From: Octopus vulgaris
Taxonomy: Eukaryota
Assembly: GCA_951406725.2 (NCBI GenBank)
Contig: OX597840.1
Coordinates: forward strand, 38,130,001 to 38,194,000
Length of the DNA: 64,000 nucleotides
Direction: 5' to 3'
Within the stretch, counting starts at the first letter, position 1; the number at the start of each line of letters is the position of its first letter. Position numbers and translations under genes: made by a program. This document shows positions 27,649 to 42,122 of this stretch, one piece after another. The notes below the pieces were generated by a model, which was given only the letters and a program-made list of their open reading frames with translations, did not search any database and was not told the origin of the DNA.

Positions 27649-27875
27649 GCGAGCTGGCAGAAACGTTAGCACACCGGGCGAAATGCTTAGCGGTATTGCG
27701 TATGTCGTTGCGTTGTGAGTTCAAATTCCGCCGAGGTCGACTTTGCCTTTCATCCTTTCGGGGTCGATAAATTAAGTACCAGTTACGCACTGGGGTCGAT
27801 GTAATCGACTTAATCCATTTGTCTGTCCTTGTTTGTCCCCTCTATATTTAGCCCCCGTGTGGGCAATAAAGAAAC
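27649..27875 (+). mobile_element. SINE family A, near full length
   Basis: Matches 12087-12314. Confidence 0.92.
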
Positions 27876-28069
27876 ATATATTTTCCTGATACGGTTTCCA
27901 TTTGATGATCTGATCCCTGATATTATATATATCTTAGGATTTACTTTAGACTGGACTTGATAAACACTGGTCGAATTTCAGTTTCGACACTTTCTAATAT
28001 CTGGGATCGATATAATAATTAGCATTATGCTAAAGGCACTAGTCGCTTGAAGCTTTAAAGGAAGTAGGG

Positions 28070-28133
<64 letters not shown>

Positions 28134-28442
28134 TAATAACAATAATAATGATAATAATAATAATAATAATAATAATAGAAATAATAATAATAATAATTTT
28201 CGTGTGTTTGTTTTAGACATTCACTATTACAACTCTAAAAAAACGAAATATATGGCACACTAGACATAACAACAACATGAACTTCCAACCTGTTGTCTCT
28301 TGAGAACTTGTACAAATATTAAGCAAAAGTCAAACATAGAATAATAATAATAATAATAATAATATGTATGATATGAATGATAAGGATTCAGATGTCGTTC
28401 ATGATGATGACGATGAGTTTGAAGATAATAGTGATAATAGTG

Positions 28443-28520
<78 letters not shown>

Positions 28521-28598
28521 TGTATGATATGAATGATAAGGATTCAGATGTCGTTCATGATGATGACGATGAGTTTGAAGATAATAGTGATAATAGTG

Positions 28599-28662
<64 letters not shown>

Positions 28663-28700
28663 TAATAACAATAATAATGATAATAACAACAATGATAATG
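28070..28700. repeat. (AAT)n tracts with a tandemly duplicated ~80-bp unit
   Basis: atgtatgatatgaatgataaggattcagatgtcgttcatgatgatgacgatgagtttgaagataatagtgat at 28363 and 28520. Confidence 0.9.
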
Positions 28701-28705
28701 AAAAC

Positions 28706-29095
28706 AACAAAAGCACTCAGAGACAGCAAACATCCGCCGAGGCAACACCAAGGTGCTCTCAATGCTTAGCCGGAGATGACTTTTAAATTCAGAATATCTG
28801 AAGTGAACTCGATTGCTCACAAATGTCAATGCGGATCTTTACCTTTTGACCAGCAGACACATTTAAAAATTAACCCGACCGCTCTCAAATATTAAGTAAA
28901 AAAAAAAAAACGGTAAATAATCCAGAATCCTTACCCGGTGCCGAATTGATCCTAAAATCTAATTATTGCGTGCCAGTCACGTAGCTAAACATCCCTGAAA
29001 GCTTCATCCGGCGGTTCTTGAGATATCTTGTCAACGGACAAACAAACAAAACATAAGAAACACGACTGAAAACAGTCTTTAGGGAAGGCGGGGGA

Positions 29096-29100
<5 letters not shown>
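28706..29100 (-). mobile_element. Helentron-associated non-autonomous element (HINE/DINE-like)
   Basis: Reverse copy of 36379-36745 (gacaagatatctcaagaaccgc..., gtgttgcctcggcggatg...ctgagtgcttttgtt). Confidence 0.7.
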
Positions 29101-29145
<45 letters not shown>

Positions 29146-29204
29146 TAATGATGATGATAATAATAATAATAATAATGATAATACTAATAATAATAATAAT
29201 AATA

Positions 29205-29287
<83 letters not shown>

Positions 29288-29356
29288 AAGAAGAAGAAGA
29301 AGAAGAAGAAGAAGAAGAAGAAGAAGAAGAAGAAGAAGAGGAGGAAGAAGAAGAAG
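29096..29356. repeat. Compound (AAT)n(GAT)n(AAG)n microsatellite
   Basis: Direct inspection. Confidence 0.97.
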
Positions 29357-29796
29357 ACAATGACAGCAAAAGAAGCAGCAGTTGCAAGTCCAAGGTGAAC
29401 AAAAGCTTTTTTTTTTTTTCATTTCACCCAAGCAATAATCGAAAAACTACATTGAAATGTCACCGAAGGCTCAAAGGTTTCATCTCTAGAAAACATTTGA
29501 GTTTTTAATTTAATTTAATTATTTTTTTTACAGCAGATTATTTTATAAACAACGGCAATCCATTCCTGAACAATTCGCTTTTGCTCAGTTATTTCTAACG
29601 CAATACTACTCTATTGAAAATCGCTACAGCTATCAGATACTTTAAGACGGAAGAAAATGTGTCTTAGCAGCTACTTCTAGCAGGCCAACTCACCACGTGA
29701 AGGTTTCTTTATTAATGACAAATAATCAATAAAGCTGTCCTTCCATAGGCACATACAAATCTGAATGTCCTTTGTTTTAATGGCATTTGCTTAACA

Positions 29797-30443
29797 GGTC
29801 TGCCGCTACGTTCCGAGTTCGAATTCCGCCAAGGTCGACTTTGCCTTTCATACTTTCAAAGTCGATTAAATAATTACCAGTTACGCACTGGAGTCGATAT
29901 AATCGACTTAATCCGTTTGTGTGTCCCCAGAATGTAGCAGCACAAGAAATACCTATTTCTTTACTACCCACAAGGGGCTAAACACGGAGAGAACAAACAA
30001 GGACAGACAAACGGATTAAGTCGATTATATTGACCCAAGCGCGTAACTGGTACTTACTTTATTGACTCCGAAAGGATGAGAGGCAAAGTCGACCTCGGCG
30101 GCATTTGAACTCAGAACGTAATGGCAGACGAAATACCGCTAAGCATTTCACCCGGCGTGCTAACGATTCTGCCAGCTCGCCGCCCGCATTACTGTTTGAT
30201 ATCATAAAACTCCTTAGTGATGGGAAGAGACAGCGAAAGGATGAAAGGGAAAGTCGACCTCGGCGGAATTTGAACTCACAACGTAACGCAGACGAAATAC
30301 CTATTTCTTTACTACCCACAAGGAGAAAGAGACCTAGAGTGAGAGACACCTCGGCGGAAATTGAACTCAGAACGTAACGTTAGACGAAATACCGCCAATA
30401 ATTTCGTCCAGCGTGCTAACGATCCTGTTCACCCACTGCCCGC
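29797..30443 (-). mobile_element. Cluster of SINE family A copies and fragments (first fragment +, remainder -)
   Basis: Four family-A pieces, with duplicated flank tatcataaaactccttagtgatgggaagagacag. Confidence 0.85.
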
Positions 30444-31347
30444 ATTTCTGTGTTCATATCATAAAACTCCTTAGTGATGGGAAGAGACAGAGAGAGAGTG
30501 AGACAGAGAGAGAGAGAGAGAGAGAGGCAAATAGACGGAGATAAAAAGAGAGAGGAAAAGAGACCTAGAGTGAGAGATAGGCAGACCGACAAGAAAAATG
30601 CAATAAAACGAGGCCTGAAGTAATATTAGATGTCAGAAGAGAAGTTCGAGTTTTGGGTAATGGAAAATTTGCTTCTACAGGTTTGTCGAGTTTTACTGAA
30701 ATAATTTCCTACCGATTCTTACCGATTCGAGAATATTTTTTTCTGGTTTGGAATTTGTAAGCTATTCATTAATGCTTTTGTTTAAATGATTACATCAGGG
30801 TTAAATCTTACGTTGATTGAACTGCGTAATGGATTGAGTTTTTGCCACACGTTTAATCGCACTTTATGGACGCTAGCTTGTACAATGCAAATAGTTTATA
30901 GCCAAATACTGTATGTACGCAGAACGAAATGTATACTTCGTCTAATCAATCCTAGTAATGGCGATTTGTTTCCATCTGGGTTTTGAATTATGCATCAGAA
31001 TTTTACTGATTGCTTCTTGCTGTCCTCTTGTTTTTCTTCACCGATGCCATCTTAAGCTGTTCCAGATATAATATTTCATCATCACATCGGCTTCTTACGT
31101 ATTCTGTTTACTGAAAAGTCATTCCAGTTTTGGCATTATAAGCAGCGGATGTGAATTCCAGGTATTGCAATAAAACAGCATTATATCACTCGGCGTATGT
31201 AATTTCCCACACACACAAACACACACACAGACACACAAACACACACACACACACACACACACACATAAATAGATGGATAGATATAGAAGGCGGATAGAGA
31301 TACAGAGGAGGAGAGAGGAAATCAAACGGACAGCTGAATAGGAGACT

Positions 31348-31418
<71 letters not shown>

Positions 31419-31468
31419 TAGATAGATAGATAGATAGGTATATGTATTTACATATATAGGTATATAGG

Positions 31469-31500
<32 letters not shown>

Positions 31501-31638
31501 TATGTATATATATAGATAGATATATAGATAGATATATGTATTTACATATATAGGTATATAGGATATATATATATATATATACATATATATTAATATATAT
31601 ATAGATAGATATATAGATAGATATATGTATTTATATAT

Positions 31639-31730
<92 letters not shown>

Positions 31731-32319
31731 GTTTGTACATGTTTATACATACATATATATGTGTGTGTATGTATATATGTATGCTTAGGTAGATTACCCT
31801 GATGCTATAAAAGGATAGAGAATCGGAGAGGACGGAAAGTGACAGAGGAAGAGAGAGAGATAGGGAGAGAGAGAGTCACGTGATTATCGATTATTTAGAT
31901 GGCAACAGTTTAAATGTGCATCTTCAAAAGTAACACAATTCCGGATAGAAAGCAGACCTTTGATCGAAGACTGTTGATGCCGGTAAAAGACCAAACATTT
32001 AAAGAGGAAAGTAAATCTTTGTATAAGAAAAAAAACAACAACAAAAAACAACACAATATAAATGGAGGCTCTTAAAATATGGATACGTTGAGGCTTAGAG
32101 TGTATAAAGATAAGACAATTAATTAAAACAAGTTATATATATATATGTATATATATATATACATATATATACATTCATATATATGTATGTATGACTGTAT
32201 ACATTATTATATATGTGCGTATACATATATGTATATACTTACATTTACTTATGTACGTATGAAGGTATATATATTTATGAATGCATATATACGTAATATA
32301 TATGTATATATATGTATAG

Positions 32320-33515
<1,196 letters not shown>

Positions 33516-33599
33516 TACACATATATATATGTATATATATATATATATATATGTACGTATGCTTGTGTGTGTCTGTTTGTGTTTACGTATATATGTATT

Positions 33600-33645
<46 letters not shown>

Positions 33646-34237
33646 GGGGAGGGGAAAGAGAGAAATATTGCATTCGTGGTGAGCCGTCTGCTATCTCACT
33701 AGCTCCGTCCACAACACGCTTTTGTGTCTGCGCTGGTTGACTTATCACGTGACTTTGCCTACAGAGCATTCTCGGAATCATTACCCAACCTGACAAAGGC
33801 GATCCGCCATTTTTTCTTTTCAATGTTGGAACGAAACTCGGCTATGCTACAAATTCGAAATGTTTAGTCATCTGTTCGGCAAACATTAAGTCAAGCAAAT
33901 AATTTGTGTCTCTTACGCATATCACTGACAGTTATACCTCAATTTAATGTTGCCAAATTCTTGGAAAACACTAGAAATCATGGGACAAATTCGTGAATTT
34001 TTTAGTGAGGTCCGCTGTCGAAATAAGAATTCAAGAATGATAGATTCTTTGCAGAAGATTTCTGCTGAAAACCTTTGCATTGCATCGTGCATTTACATAT
34101 TTGCTCCCCGGTTTTGGAAAATATAGATAAATACTAGTAACGGAATTTATATCAATTTCCATATATGTATATATATATATGTGTGTGTGCGCATACATGC
34201 ATAATATAAATTATATATATATATATATATGCATATG

Positions 34238-34552
34238 TGGGCTCAGGACGTCCTTAAACGTCTACAACAAAAAATACGAAGCACGAGTACATGGAACATC
34301 AACTTCAAAAGACACAAATGGAAAACAAATCAGACAACATAAAGAACGACTCTTCGGGTTTTCACTGTTTTTCTTCTCCCGTATTTTGAGCATTTAACAA
34401 CAATATACACTTTCGATGAAGCATTTGTTCCCGCAAAGCAAATTAAATAAGATTCGAGATTTTGCGGAGGGTCAAAATTGCTGACAAAACAAGACAGTTA
34501 AAACAAAAAGGAAGCCTAAACAAGGTTGTGTGTATATGTATATGTACTATAT

Positions 34553-34595
<43 letters not shown>

Positions 34596-34965
34596 AAAAG
34601 GGCTTAGGACGTCCTTACATACTGAACTCATTATAGCACAAAAAAGATTTTCGAAGCCATTTCCAATACAAAGAAAATCTCAGAAGTGCTTACTCAAAAT
34701 AACCCACGAAGGTATGGGGGAAAACAAATCAGTGCACAACATAAAGAACGATTCTAGATCAGGTTTTCACATTTTTTTCGTCAGCCCAAAATTCTTAATT
34801 CGGCATTTGGAAAACAACAATACCCTTTTGGCGACTTTTCGACCTCAGAAGATTTGTTCCCGCAAAGCAACAGTTAAATAAATTCGAGATTTTGCGGAGG
34901 GTCAAAATTGCTGACACAAACAGGACAGTTAAAACAATTTTTCAGGAAGCCTAAACAAGGTTGTG
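34238..34965 (+). mobile_element. Two diverged tandem copies of a (TA)n-associated interspersed element
   Basis: Both start gggct(c/t)aggacgtcctta and end gattttgcggagggtcaaaattgctgaca...ggaagcctaaacaaggttgtg; related sequence at 41310-41480. Confidence 0.7.
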
Positions 34966-34969
34966 TATA

Positions 34970-35046
<77 letters not shown>

Positions 35047-35069
35047 ATGTGTGTATGTGTGTGTGTATG

Positions 35070-35111
<42 letters not shown>

Positions 35112-35178
35112 ACAATACCAACTGTTTTTTCTCAAACCTTTTATAATGTGATACAAGTCTTTGGTGTAGCAATTACAC

Positions 35179-35271
35179 GCGGCTGAAGAAGGCTTTTGAT
35201 CTATCTGTTATATCGATTATGCATTGATGTAAGAATAAGTTGTTCTATAAAGCCCGAAACATAAGTACCGC
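35179..35271 (+). ncRNA. Type-I hammerhead ribozyme-like motif with extended stem II
   Basis: GCGG-CTGAAGA-AGGCTTT[~52 nt]AAAGCCC-GAAAC ATAA GTA-CCGC: perfect stem I, intact core, 6-bp stem II, GUA site. Confidence 0.72.
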
Positions 35272-35777
35272 AACATCCTTTGCGTCCTGTTTTTCATTTA
35301 TTTCATTTGATATATATATCCTATTACCTATGCTTACATAGATAAAGTATTCACCCTGAATTTATTATATATATATATATATACACATATCCTCTGATCT
35401 ATTCACTCTTATACCGTTCTCCTAATCTAAATGTTTGCCGTCTTCCCTGAACTATACATCGACCTACCAGCGTATCTATATAATAGCTTCGTCTCAATTT
35501 GTCTCTGTCGCTTCTCGCTTAAGCAGCTCCGTTATTATCACTTTAATCATTAATTTCTTTTCGAATACCACACTTATATACATTTCCCAAATATTTGTTT
35601 AATTCTCTTGCATCGGCTTCGAATAACTTTATGGTCTTCAAATTATAGTCGTTACATAGGAGTATTGTGAATATATTCCATAATTTCTTTATGGTTTCCT
35701 TTAACAGGTAGAGAATGTATATCCGCACATTCATTGCTTCTGAGAATAAACGCGAAATATTGTAAGTCGTCAAGACA

Positions 35778-36215
35778 ACGAGCTTGCAGAATCGTTAGCA
35801 CGCCGGGGAAATTCTTAGTGGCATTTAAAATTTACGTTCTGCGTTCAAATCCCGAAGAGGTCGACTTTACCTTTCATCCTTTTGGGGTCGATAAATTAAG
35901 TAGCAGTCATGCACTGGGGTCGATGTAATCGACTTAATCCCTTTGTATGTCCTTGTTTATCCCCTTTATGTTTAGCCCCTTGTGAGCAATAAAGAAATAA
36001 GAAATAAAACAACGATCTTACAGAATCATTAGCACCCCGGGGAAATTCTTAGTGGCATTGAATACTTACTTTCTGAATTCTAGTCCCGAAGAGGTCGACT
36101 TTCCCTATCGTCTTTTAGGGGTCTATAAAATAAATACTAGTTGAGCATTGAGGTCGATGTAACCGATTTAACCCTCCCTCGAAATTGCTGGCCTTGAGGC
36201 GAAATTTGGCACCAA
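35778..36215 (+). mobile_element. Two tandem SINE family A copies
   Basis: gagcttgcagaatcgttagcacgccgg...ctttcatccttttggggtcgataaattaagta...aataaagaaata, then a second degenerate copy. Confidence 0.85.
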
Positions 36216-36378
36216 TATTATTATATGTTGCAGAACGCACACACATATACATACGCATGCACACACGCAAATCTCACGTGCACATATACATCGATAAATA
36301 TGCAAAAAATACATGTACATATGGCTGTTAATATAAAGAATTTCAATAAAAGCTGGTTGAAGCATTCCTTATAGTGAT

Positions 36379-36745
36379 TTATTACCTCCGCCTCAGCGAA
36401 GGCAGAGGTATTGTTTTGTTTGCTTGTGTGATTGTCAGTGGACAAGACATCTCAAGAACCGCTGAAGGGATTTGGATGAATGGATTTCAGGGATGTCTGG
36501 CCTCGTGGTGGGCCGAACTAATTACATTTTGTTATCTATCCGGTACCGGACAAGGAATCTGGATTATTTGTGGCTTTTGCTTGTATAATTTTTGAGAGAT
36601 TTCGTTTAAATTTTTAATATTCTCGTTTGTGAGAGCAGTCAACTTTATAATAGATATTCTTATGTTAAGAATCATCTCCGGCTAATCATTGAGAGGACGC
36701 TGGTGTTGCCTTGGTGGGGGTAGGAGCTCTCTGAGTGCTCTTGTT
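36379..36745 (+). mobile_element. Helentron-associated non-autonomous element (HINE/DINE-like)
   Basis: 5' ttattacctccgcc...ggcagagg hairpin; 3' gccttggtgggggt...ctctctgagtgctcttgtt; T-rich insertion site. This is the typical HINE terminal architecture. Confidence 0.75.
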
Positions 36746-36759
36746 TATTTTGCTTTTAT

Positions 36760-37395
36760 CTTTGTAGCCCTTACACATAAACCCCCACGGGGTCAGGTTT
36801 GATTTGACATAAATACAATCAAAGGTCAGGTCAGGTCTGATTTGACATAGATATCATCAAAGGTATTCTACGGATTCAAATCTTGAGTTTTGCTGTGGTG
36901 TAAATTTCCAAAGACGATATTATTTAAAAGTTTCTTCGAAAAGGTTGGGTTGATTTGAGGAAGAATCAGCTGCTATTTCCAGTATTGCGTTCCAATGGAG
37001 GGCTTTTTATTTAGTGGCAGTCACTTCAGGAATATATAATGTTGTTGGTATAGTTACTGTGTAACAGGAAACGAGGATTTTACGGTAAGCAAAGCTGCTT
37101 AGTGGGAGCAAACCCATTTCCAAACAAGGATATTCAAAGCGTTTTCATTGCCCTCATAAACCTTTAAAACAATTTAGAGATTACTGGTACTCAAATATTC
37201 CCTAGCCGAGGAATTTTAAGCAGACGTAATATCTAAGGCTCTCCACTCATTGTCCCTATTTGTGGCACTACAGCGTCAAATAAACCATTTCGTTAGTCAT
37301 AAGAATGTAGGATGAGATTTTGAGAGACAGGTGACTGCTATTTCTAGCAGATTGATTGACCACCTAGCATTCTCCTATTCATTGCCTCGTGTTGA
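36760..37395 (-). mobile_element. Two degenerate copies of another interspersed repeat (family E)
   Basis: Shared block ttgag..a...(g/a)ctgctattt(c)(c/t)ag at ~36955, ~37320 and ~53990. Confidence 0.45.
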
Positions 37396-39308
37396 AGCTT
37401 TTATGGAGGACAGCATTTTTTTCTATTGCTTCCCCCATTTGATCCCATCGTTCCTTTCAATGAAATATTAAGGAAAGGGAGTTACATTTCCGTAGCAAGG
37501 ATCACGCTATTCACTAAAAGACTAACGGCCATATCACTTAATTCTATGGAATCTTCCTGTAAACACACAGTCTATTAATTCTAGAGTACCATTGAGGAAC
37601 GGTGAAAGCGATATTTTAAACAAATCTTCGTATCAATTACACAACATTCTAGTTTTCTCTATTCAATATTTCTCTCGTCTTACATTCCATTTATCTTCCC
37701 AGCATTCATTCCGTTCCATTTATGTGTTTCTTTATTCATTTTATATATTTTATATATTTTTCATTCTTTCAATGTTATAATTCCATATTTTCTAAAAATC
37801 ATAATACATGCAATTGTGTAACATTCAGATATTTGTCAGGATTGAGCACAATTTCAGTATATTTTAACAAAATGGACAGTCAATACACATTTTAAAAATA
37901 TTTTCCTTCACTTATTTGCTTTTCGCGTTTTGTTGCAATTTTTGAATAGTGTTCCTGTAAATGTAAGGAAAAATATAAAACAAAAATTAAAATAAATATA
38001 CAATAAAAGATAAAAATCTATAACATGTAATGCTTGCTTAACGTTTTTTCTTTTCTTTTTCCCTTTGGCGTATGAAGGCACATTTATGAAAATTACATTA
38101 GTTGTAGGATTTTTTTTTCTTCTTCGTTTTCTGTGCTTGAATTTCTAATATTCAAAGTATCTTCATTTCCAGCTATTCAATTGTATTTGCTGCTGCTGCT
38201 GTTATTAAATGAGTTCCATTTTTAAGTATAATATTTTATTTTTTGGTCTGAGTGTGTGTGAGAGAGACAGAGGGATGAAAATTTGAATGAGAGACAGAGA
38301 GAAAGAATTTGAATGAGAGAGAGAGAGAATTTGAATGAGAGATATAGAGAGAAAGAGGATGTATGTGTGCAGGTGGGGTGGATGATTCGGGAGGATTAAA
38401 CAGATATGCAACACGGTTTACAAAACAGCATAACTCTTCAGTTAAGTGGCATTGAACATTAAAACACAGTTACATTAGGTGGCAGAAAACTTTTATTATT
38501 TTAAAATAAAAGCAAATAGTGAATTGAATAGAAGAAGAAACAAATACATCAATATAACAAAAAATGACTAAAATATCACGAAATAAACATAAATAAAGGC
38601 AATCGGAGAGCACCAACATTATATTCTCTCCCCCACACCCCAAAAAAATTATCGCAATAATAATAATAATACTACTAATAATAATAATGACTAAGTGAGT
38701 CACGGGGCCATACAATTCGTAATTTTGTTGATTTGTTCGACCCTTGAACATTTCTTTATCAAACCCAGGAAATGATGAAAGACAAAATGGGCGACGACAA
38801 AATTTTTAAATGAAAACGAAACGATACTTAACTACATACGGATAAACATTATACTCTTTACACTTCCCTGGCATTCGCATCACTGATTTCATATCTCAGA
38901 TAGACACGGAGTATCAGATATGAGGGAAGCTGTGTAGTCGTATATATTAACCCTTTGCCTATCCAAAGCGTTTGCCTAAGATTTGCCTAAACGCTCCTGC
39001 TTGTTTATATACTTTTAGCTACCTCTGGTTCCATAGGTTTTGAGTAGCATGAAGCTTTTATCTCTCTCCAGTTATTCAGATGGTAGAAATAAATTGGCAA
39101 CGTGTATGGCGAATGGACGCCATATCAATATGCCCTGTGTATGACATGCGATACACAGGAGGGAAAAGGGTTAACAACAGTGTTCAGGTGGAACTTTATT
39201 TCATCAACTCCTGGCTATATGAAATGGAGACAACGTCGTCCTCCGCAAATGCTAAAATCAGAACGTAAACGAAGAATAGACTTAATTTGTTATTTAAAAA
39301 TAGACATA

Positions 39309-39471
39309 GGCGCAGGAGTGGCTGTGTGGTAAGTAGCTTGCTAACCAGCCACATGGTTCCGGGTTCAGTCCCACTGCGTGGCATCTTGGGCAACTGTCTT
39401 CTACTATAGCCTCGGGCCGACTAATGCCTTGTGAGTGGATTTGGTAGACGGAAACTGAAAGAAGCCTGTCG

Positions 39472-39540
<69 letters not shown>

Positions 39541-39753
39541 GTGTGTGTATGTGTTGGTGTTTTTGTCCCCCTAGCATTACTTGACAACCGATGTTGGTGT
39601 GTTTACGTCACTTAGCGGTTTGGCAAAAGAGATCGATATAATAAGTACTGGCCTTACAAGGAATAAGTCCCGGGGTTGATTTGCTCGACTAAAGGCGGTG
39701 CTCCAGCATGGCCGCAGTCAAATGACTGAAACAAGTAAAAGAGTAAAAGAGTA
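39309..39753 (+). mobile_element. SINE family B (CORE-like) full length with internal (TA)n/(GT)n
   Basis: Head ggcgcaggagtggctgtgtggtaag...gggttcagtccc, CORE-like cttgggcaactgtcttc, tail ggcggtgctccagcatggccgcagtc...(gtaaaaga)n. Confidence 0.9.
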
Positions 39754-41819
39754 TAAGTGGGAAGATTTCAAATAAAAGTTTTTGAACCATGGCCTCAGAT
39801 CAATCCCAGCGCGGGGACACAGGAACAAGGATCTTCTGTTATAGCCCTGAGACTTGTGGCTGGATTTGGTACTAGACGGAAACTGAAAGAAGTCCGTGGT
39901 AATCTTTCCTACAATTAATATTGAGTGAATGTGGCGATATCTAAGGTATGTTTCTTCCCATATTAAACGTATTTTAGTGCTGTTGACACCTCCGGATTGA
40001 ATGGTACTTCCTAAGTGTCGAAACCATAGTGATATCCGTGGTGCAGCTGATGATGGAGGTATATTAGGATGGTGTGGCTGTTTTTGTATGTGCGGAATAG
40101 ATTCATAAGACATCTATTCGATATATAAAATTATAAACGTGTGTCTTTGAGCGTTTGTGTATCTGTATGTTTGTTTGTCATTGTGCGTGTGTGTATCTCT
40201 GTATATGTGTGTTCATGTGAGTTTTTCTCCAGCACTACTTAGCAACTAGCGCTAGTGCGTATACGTCCTCGTATTGTAGGGGTTCGGCAGAAGAGACCGA
40301 AAGAATAAGTACCAGGCTTTAAAACATAAGTTCTGGAGGAGATGCGCTTAACTAAAGAAAACCTTCAAGACGGTGCCCCAACATGACCGCATTCTAAATG
40401 CGTGAAGCAAGTAAATGATATAATATCAAAGATTTAGTGCTGGTTGTCTGTTGTTCTGATAAACAAAGCATGTAAGCAATATCGTTTCTAATGATGTTGT
40501 CGTCCATTTTGTCATGGCAACCTTTAACAAACAACGCTTAAACAATGTAATTTCAGATATCTTTCCTAGAATGGTAGCATATGGTTCGTCAACCATACAT
40601 AAACATTGAAGTGCTTTCTAGATTGCGGCTGTAGTTCCAACCACATTTTAATTGATTCTCTGCTTTCAAAATTTTCAAACATTTTCGAAATTCTTCGAGA
40701 AATAATCTTAGTGAATTTAACCATATACATATCTCATCGCCGGTGTTGAAATACGCTGCAGTGTAAATAATCTACAACCACTACCGAAAAAAAAAAAACC
40801 ATCTATAAAAATCTCCTAACGAACCACTATTCAGAATCTAACAATGAACAATAAAAATATTTAGAATTTGAATATATTTACATACGTAAAACAAGTCGAC
40901 TGAAAAAATATTAAGAAACAAAGACATAAACGATGGAATGAAAACATTTTGAAAAGCTGGAGAATTGTCATCGTCAGCTGTATATCATTAAACAGCATGA
41001 TTTCGACACGTTATAGCACGTAGCTACTTCCTATGGTGACAATAACACCGAAAATAGAATTAAATAGTTTTTTTAAGAACAAATAAGCTTATTTGTAGCA
41101 TGGAATAGTAACAACGAAAGATAGATCGAAAATATTATGATATAAATTGGTAATTGAAATATGAAGATATACATTGAAGATTAGATCTTATATATTAGAC
41201 AAATTATAAATAAAAACAGTTGATGAATAAAAGGGCGAGACACTTACGAAGAAATAGGCAAAAAGTTTCCAAAAGGTGAAGGTTAAATGCTAGGCTATAT
41301 ATGCATACATGGTACAGGAGGTCAGAAGCAATAAACAACATAAATTACGAAACAATAAGCTGAATATACAAACAACGAGAGAAACAAATGGAAAACATTA
41401 CAAGTAACATAAAGAACGACCCTTCATCAGCTGTCCGCTGCCTAACTACTCCTCATTTCGAGTGTTCATATGGAATAAAATTATTCAAAGGTAAACCTGC
41501 TTAAGTCGCTTCTCGGCCTTTCTCATTCTCCTTAAGGAACCCGTAGAATAGTTACTTATAAGTATTCTTTCATAACATTGCATTTTGTCGTTTTACATAG
41601 CTGACCACCTCCACGGAGATATCTAGTTTTTTTGTTTAACGACTCCTGACGTGTGGGCAAACGATATTAACCTAGGTGAGACATAGATATGAGGACACAG
41701 AAGGGGTAAGGATGAATTAACCAGAAATGAAATAAAACAAAAGAGAGATGCCATAATGTGTTGCGGTAGGCAGCAAACTGAACTAAAAATACAGGAGAGG
41801 GGACATTAAGGAACGCAGT

Positions 41820-42052
41820 AAAGAGGAAGAAGAAAAAGAAGAAGAAGAAGAAAAAGAAGAAGAAGAAGAAGAAGAAGAAGAAGAAGAAGGAGAAGAAGAA
41901 GGCGGAGGAGAGGAAAACGACGAAGAAGAAGGAGAGGACGAAGACGAAGACGAAGAAGAAGAAGAAGAAGAAGAAGAAGGAGGAGGAGGAGGAGAAGAAG
42001 AAGAAGAAGAAGAAGAAAAAGAAGAAGAAAAAGAAAAAGAAAAAGAAGAAGA
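41820..42052. repeat. (GAA)n / (GGA)n tract
   Basis: Direct inspection. Confidence 0.95.
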
Positions 42053-42122
42053 ATTCTGCTATAAGACGTGAGTAGAATCGTGGTAAACTAATGACGGTGA
42101 TTTAGAATGATTTCTTTCCTAG

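Noticed and set aside
28364-28786. 140-aa Asn/Asp-rich ORF
   Set aside because: (AAT)n microsatellite plus a duplicated unit running into a transposon end.
30681-30756. Possible exon (ttctacAG...GTAAGC)
   Set aside because: Weak polypyrimidine tract, no homology, and expected by chance in 64 kb.
40480-40720. Possible mariner N-terminal remnant on the minus strand
   Set aside because: Only vague similarity; no diagnostic motif retained.
41411-41470. Minus-strand GAAA...GTA...CTGATGA arrangement suggesting a type-II hammerhead
   Set aside because: Stem II can pair (GAAC-ACTC/GGGT-GTTC) but no stem I forms between the cleavage site and the core.
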